Shown here: piece after piece, positions 28,340 to 32,000 of the stretch | Position numbering within the stretch: position 1 is the stretch's first letter | How the letters are laid out: every line of letters starts with the position of its first letter | Source of the DNA: Raphidiopsis brookii D9 | Lineage (GTDB): Bacteria > Cyanobacteriota > Cyanobacteriia > Cyanobacteriales > Nostocaceae | Assembly: GCA_000175855.1 (NCBI GenBank) | Contig: ACYB01000001.1 | Coordinates: 1-32,000 of the forward strand | Direction: 5' to 3' | Length of the DNA: 32,000 nt | Translations under genes and position numbers: made by a program | Notes under the pieces: model-generated | Databases searched by the model: none | Seen by the model: the letters and a program-made list of their open reading frames with translations, nothing else | What the model was told of the DNA's origin: nothing

Positions 28340-28927
28340 TTAGAGAGGAATCAACTCTGGATAATATTCTAACAAATGATCATCTGTCAGTTCATCGCCC
28401 AAGCGTGCAGGAGAGAAGTGAACTTGGATGGCTCTAAGTTTATTTTGGTAGTGTAAGTTCACTAATGATTTTAACCCAGCTTTGAGGGAAGAAATCTGGG
28501 CTAGATTTGTTTCTATTTCTGGTACTTCACCTTCAAAAGCAACTGTGATCATAACTAGCACATTCCGGGTAACGGGAATGGATAACGCCTGACCTGGACT
28601 AGAACCGGTATCAAGGTCAGCTCCATATCTCCCCGCAGAATCAGTAAATAATTCATTTACATAGTCTCCCGCTTCTCCCTCGTTCCAGAATACATCTCCC
28701 TCATTACCAGCAGCAACCCAGCACTGGTCATATCTCAACAGGGTTTCACACACTGTGACTAGTTGCTCTCCTAATGATTCTAAATCACCTTCAGCATCTA
28801 TTGCTTCTCTAGCAGCACTATTTAAGACTCCTAAAATTGGTGCCACTTCCTGACCATTCAGGTGCAAAAATATACGGGAGACTACGTAACGTGTTCTACC
28901 GATAAACTTATTAAATAAATTGGCCAT
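28340..28927 (-). CDS. Conserved-looking hypothetical protein
   Basis: 195-aa ORF; no family recognised. Confidence 0.6.
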   Translation of the reverse strand: MANLFNKFIGRTRYVVSRIFLHLNGQEVAPILGVLNSAAREAIDAEGDLESLGEQLVTVCETLLRYDQCWVAAGNEGDVFWNEGEAGDYVNELFTDSAGRYGADLDTGSSPGQALSIPVTRNVLVMITVAFEGEVPEIETNLAQISSLKAGLKSLVNLHYQNKLRAIQVHFSPARLGDELTDDHLLEYYPELIPL

Positions 28928-29006
28928 TTTTTCCCAATAGATTTTGTAGTCCTTTATTCCAATATGATATCAGAAAGAGGGATTAGGAAAGGAAGAGAAA
29001 AGAAGA

Positions 29007-29543
29007 TTAAATCAATCTCTGGTTCATCAGTTTTTGGTATTCTGCTTCACTAATGAGGTCTTGGGGAGATTCGACCCGGTCTAAAAATACTAAACCTTCC
29101 AAGTGATCATACTCATGTTGAAAAATTCTTGCCACGAAGTTGACTAACTCCTGTTTTTGAAAATTACCATTTCTATCAGTATATTCCACTTGAATTCTTT
29201 CATACCTAGGAACCAAACCCCTGATTCCTGGAACACTTAAACAACCTTCCCATCCTTTGGTAATTTCTGTTCCATAACCAACTATTTTAGGATTAATCAT
29301 TGGTGTTGGCTCCATTTCCGGTGCGTGGGGATATCTGGGATTAGGACGGGAAGCTACAATAAATAGGCGCAATGATTGGGCCACTTGGGGTGCAGCAATG
29401 CCCACCCCATTGGACTGGGCAACTGTGGTTATTAAATGATCAATTAGTTGTTGTATTTCCCGATCATTTATCGCTTCAATTTCTGTAGCTTTTTGCTGTA
29501 ATAAGAGATTGCCCAATTGAATAATTGATGATTTACCAGTCAT
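29007..29543 (-). CDS. def: Peptide deformylase
   Basis: GVGIAAPQVAQ, EGCLSVPGIRG, HEYDHLEG, the three PDF motifs. Confidence 0.95.
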   Translation of the reverse strand: MTGKSSIIQLGNLLLQQKATEIEAINDREIQQLIDHLITTVAQSNGVGIAAPQVAQSLRLFIVASRPNPRYPHAPEMEPTPMINPKIVGYGTEITKGWEGCLSVPGIRGLVPRYERIQVEYTDRNGNFQKQELVNFVARIFQHEYDHLEGLVFLDRVESPQDLISEAEYQKLMNQRLI

Positions 29544-29619
29544 ATTTTAACTTCCTATTTCCTACTATTAATTACTATACTAGATAGTATAGCATGTTAT
29601 TTAAGCCCGTGTTGTAAAA

Positions 29620-30867
29620 CTATCTTCGGGATCTTATCGGTAGGGGTCCTGGCTTAACAGTTAAATTTAAATTTGTACCATTACGCTCCACTTCTATTGC
29701 CAGAGGAGTTCCAATTTGACTTTTTTCTACAAGTTTTTGCACTTCCTCGACTTTAGTAATTGATTGGTTGTTAATGCTTTTAATTACATCCCCTGCTCTT
29801 AGTCCTCCCTCTGCTGCTGGTGATTGAGGAACAATTCTAACTAAGAATACTCCTTTATCAGTAATAATATTGACCCTACCATCAAATCTACCAACTATTC
29901 TATTCTTAATCTCAGGAGTGAGGGTGATCATTTCTACTCCCAAATAAGGATGATCAACGCGACCATTGGTAATTAATTCTTGGGCAATTTTTTTCACGGT
30001 ATTAATGGGAATAGCAAAACCTAAACCTTGGGCACCTTGAATAATCGCAGTGTTCATACCTATGGCTTCCCCGCGAGCATTTAAAAGCGGACCCCCAGAA
30101 TTACCTGGATTAATCGCTGCATCAGTTTGTAAGTAATCTACCCGTTTATCACTAGCACCAATATCAGTGCTAGACCGATCTGTAGCGCTGATGATGCCAG
30201 AAGTTACGGTATTGTTTAAACCTAAAGGATTACCAATAGCAATTACTGCTTCTCCAGGCTGTAAGTCACTGGAATTACCTAGAGTTAAAGTGGGCAGATT
30301 TTGAGCATTAATTTGGATAACTGCCACGTCTGTAACCGCATCTTCGCCCAACACCTTACCATCAAAACTACGCCCGTCTTTCAGAGTTACTGTTACCTGA
30401 TCCGCACCGTCTACCACATGGGAATTAGTTAAAATTTGACCAGAAGCATTAATGATAAATCCTGAACCACTACCTCTTTCTACCCTTTGTTCTGGTTGGG
30501 GAAGAGCATCACCAAAAAATCTACGTAAGAATGGGTCAGAAAACTCTTCTGGTACTTGAGAGGTAACAGTTCTGGCAGAGTCAATACGGACAACCGCACT
30601 TCCCACTTTTTGCACTACTTGAACAATAAAATTTGGATCACCACCAACTACGACCACAGAATTGGACTTAGTGGTTGATTCAACTTGAGGGTTGATTTTT
30701 TGTGGTGTGAGATTTCTGCCATTTAAATTGGAGCAGCCTGTCACAATTACGATTAGTCCAGTCATGAATATTGAGCGTTTTAATTGAGCCATGGAAGGAT
30801 GAATGAAGGTGGAAAATAAGTAATTGATCATAATTTTGTGGTGGAGCTGGTGGGGGATTGGAAGCAT
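29620..30867 (-). CDS. HtrA/HhoA-type trypsin-like serine protease with PDZ domain
   Basis: GSGFIINASGQILTNSHVVDGAD, EDAVTDVAVIQI, AINPGNSGGPLLNARGEAIGMNT, and C-terminal PDZ RIVPQSPAAEGGLRAGDVIKSIN. True start is probably internal MAQLKRS (30792). Confidence 0.93.
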   Translation of the reverse strand: MLPIPHQLHHKIMINYLFSTFIHPSMAQLKRSIFMTGLIVIVTGCSNLNGRNLTPQKINPQVESTTKSNSVVVVGGDPNFIVQVVQKVGSAVVRIDSARTVTSQVPEEFSDPFLRRFFGDALPQPEQRVERGSGSGFIINASGQILTNSHVVDGADQVTVTLKDGRSFDGKVLGEDAVTDVAVIQINAQNLPTLTLGNSSDLQPGEAVIAIGNPLGLNNTVTSGIISATDRSSTDIGASDKRVDYLQTDAAINPGNSGGPLLNARGEAIGMNTAIIQGAQGLGFAIPINTVKKIAQELITNGRVDHPYLGVEMITLTPEIKNRIVGRFDGRVNIITDKGVFLVRIVPQSPAAEGGLRAGDVIKSINNQSITKVEEVQKLVEKSQIGTPLAIEVERNGTNLNLTVKPGPLPIRSRR

Positions 30868-30937
30868 GAGCTAGGATAGCGGAAAATTTGCCAGGAAAAT
30901 TTGCTAGTATGATCCTTCACTATCTGTGTTCAGATTT

Positions 30938-32000
30938 ATGAAATTAATTTGCTCTCAAAGCGATCTTAGTACCAATCTCGCCCTGGTCAGTCGTGCAGTG
31001 CCATCTAGACCCACCCATCCCATATTAGCTAATGTACTTTTGCAAGCAGATGAAAATACGAACCAAGTTAGTTTAACAGCTTTTGATTTAAGCTTAGGTA
31101 TTCGTACCAGTTTCACTGCGGAGGTAATAGAAGGTGGAGCAATTGCTCTCCCTGCTAAAATCTTAGTGGATATTACTTCCCGCTTACCAGAGGGGGATAT
31201 TACCCTAGATAACCAGTCGGGGAGATCTAAGGCTAAGGCAGAAGGTATAAATTTTATTCTAAAGCCCAAAAATGGTAAGTACGAACTGCGGTCCATGGGG
31301 GCAGAAGAATTTCCCGAATTACCCCTAATTGAGAATTCCAATGCCATTCAACTGACTACTGCGGCTCTAGTTGAGGGTTTAAAAGGTTCATTATTTGCTA
31401 CTAGTAGTGATGAAACCAAGCAGGTTCTAACAGGGGTACATTTAACAGTTAAACAAGATGTTTTAGAATTTGCAGCTACGGATGGACATCGGCTAGCAGT
31501 GTTAGAAACCATTAATGAACGCCCCCTAGAAAATGATGAACAACTAGAAGTGACCGTACCTGCCAGGGCATTACGAGAACTACAGAGGATGCTAAATCAT
31601 AGCGCTTCAGAAGAAGCAGTGTCTTTGTACTTAGACGAAGGTCAAATAGTATTTGCTTGGCAAAATCAACGTTTAACTAGTCGCACCTTGGAGGGTCAAT
31701 ACCCTTCCTATAGACAATTAATACCTCGTCAGTTTGAAAGACAACTGGTGTTAGAAAGAAAACAATTTATTAGCACTTTGGAACGAATTGCCATACTAGC
31801 TGACCAGAAAAATAATATTGTTAAAATCAATATTAATACTGGAGACCAGGAAATTACTTTATCATGTGAGGCTCAAGATGTAGGTAATGCTACTGAGTCT
31901 ATGCCCGCACAAATTTCCGGAGAAGACATTGTTATTGCTTTTAATGTCAAATATTTACTAGAAGGACTCAAAGAATTGCCATCCACAGAAATTCAGATGC
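30938..32000 (+). CDS. dnaN: DNA polymerase III beta subunit (sliding clamp), truncated by window edge
   Basis: Manual translation from ATG at 30938: MKLICSQSDLSTNLALVSRAVPSRPTHPILANVLLQADENTNQVSLTAFDLSLGIRTSF...; open to 32000. Absent from the ORF track because no stop lies in the window. Confidence 0.93.
   Translation, partial: MKLICSQSDLSTNLALVSRAVPSRPTHPILANVLLQADENTNQVSLTAFDLSLGIRTSFTAEVIEGGAIALPAKILVDITSRLPEGDITLDNQSGRSKAKAEGINFILKPKNGKYELRSMGAEEFPELPLIENSNAIQLTTAALVEGLKGSLFATSSDETKQVLTGVHLTVKQDVLEFAATDGHRLAVLETINERPLENDEQLEVTVPARALRELQRMLNHSASEEAVSLYLDEGQIVFAWQNQRLTSRTLEGQYPSYRQLIPRQFERQLVLERKQFISTLERIAILADQKNNIVKININTGDQEITLSCEAQDVGNATESMPAQISGEDIVIAFNVKYLLEGLKELPSTEIQM

Noticed and set aside
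30955-31347. 130-aa minus-strand ORF
   Set aside because: Antisense to dnaN, which has clear homology features.

Overview
The window is a cyanobacterial chromosomal segment. Supporting signs are HIP1-type GCGATCGC octamers and cyanobacterial housekeeping genes; Nostocales-like is a guess. The left ~13 kb is accessory and defence-island-like. It holds a tandem pair of MITE-like repeats, then a minus-strand BREX-type cluster (brxB - brxC - RNase T2-family gene - pglX). Beyond that are a 50-aa unannotated small ORF, queE, a degraded gene tail, an AlbA_2/Schlafen-like ATP-binding protein and two DUF29 proteins. The most notable points in this part are: (i) a secreted-type RNase T2 with both catalytic motifs sits co-directionally between brxC and pglX; (ii) pglX is split by two compensating 1-nt frameshifts at short homopolymers (4392-4396 and 2292-2298), while the full ~1217-aa reading frame is otherwise preserved; (iii) brxA is missing from its usual place and pglZ is not next to pglX, where ~830 bp of tandem repeat is found instead. 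The right ~19 kb is mostly ordinary chromosome: GUN4-domain protein, dnaX, rpsA, HAD hydrolase, divergent PstB-like ATPase, NUDIX, folK, Psb35-like protein, PBP1A, TerB-like protein, rsmB, def, HtrA-type protease, and dnaN running off the right edge (missed by the ORF track). All family calls come from motif recognition by eye; no database searches were run.
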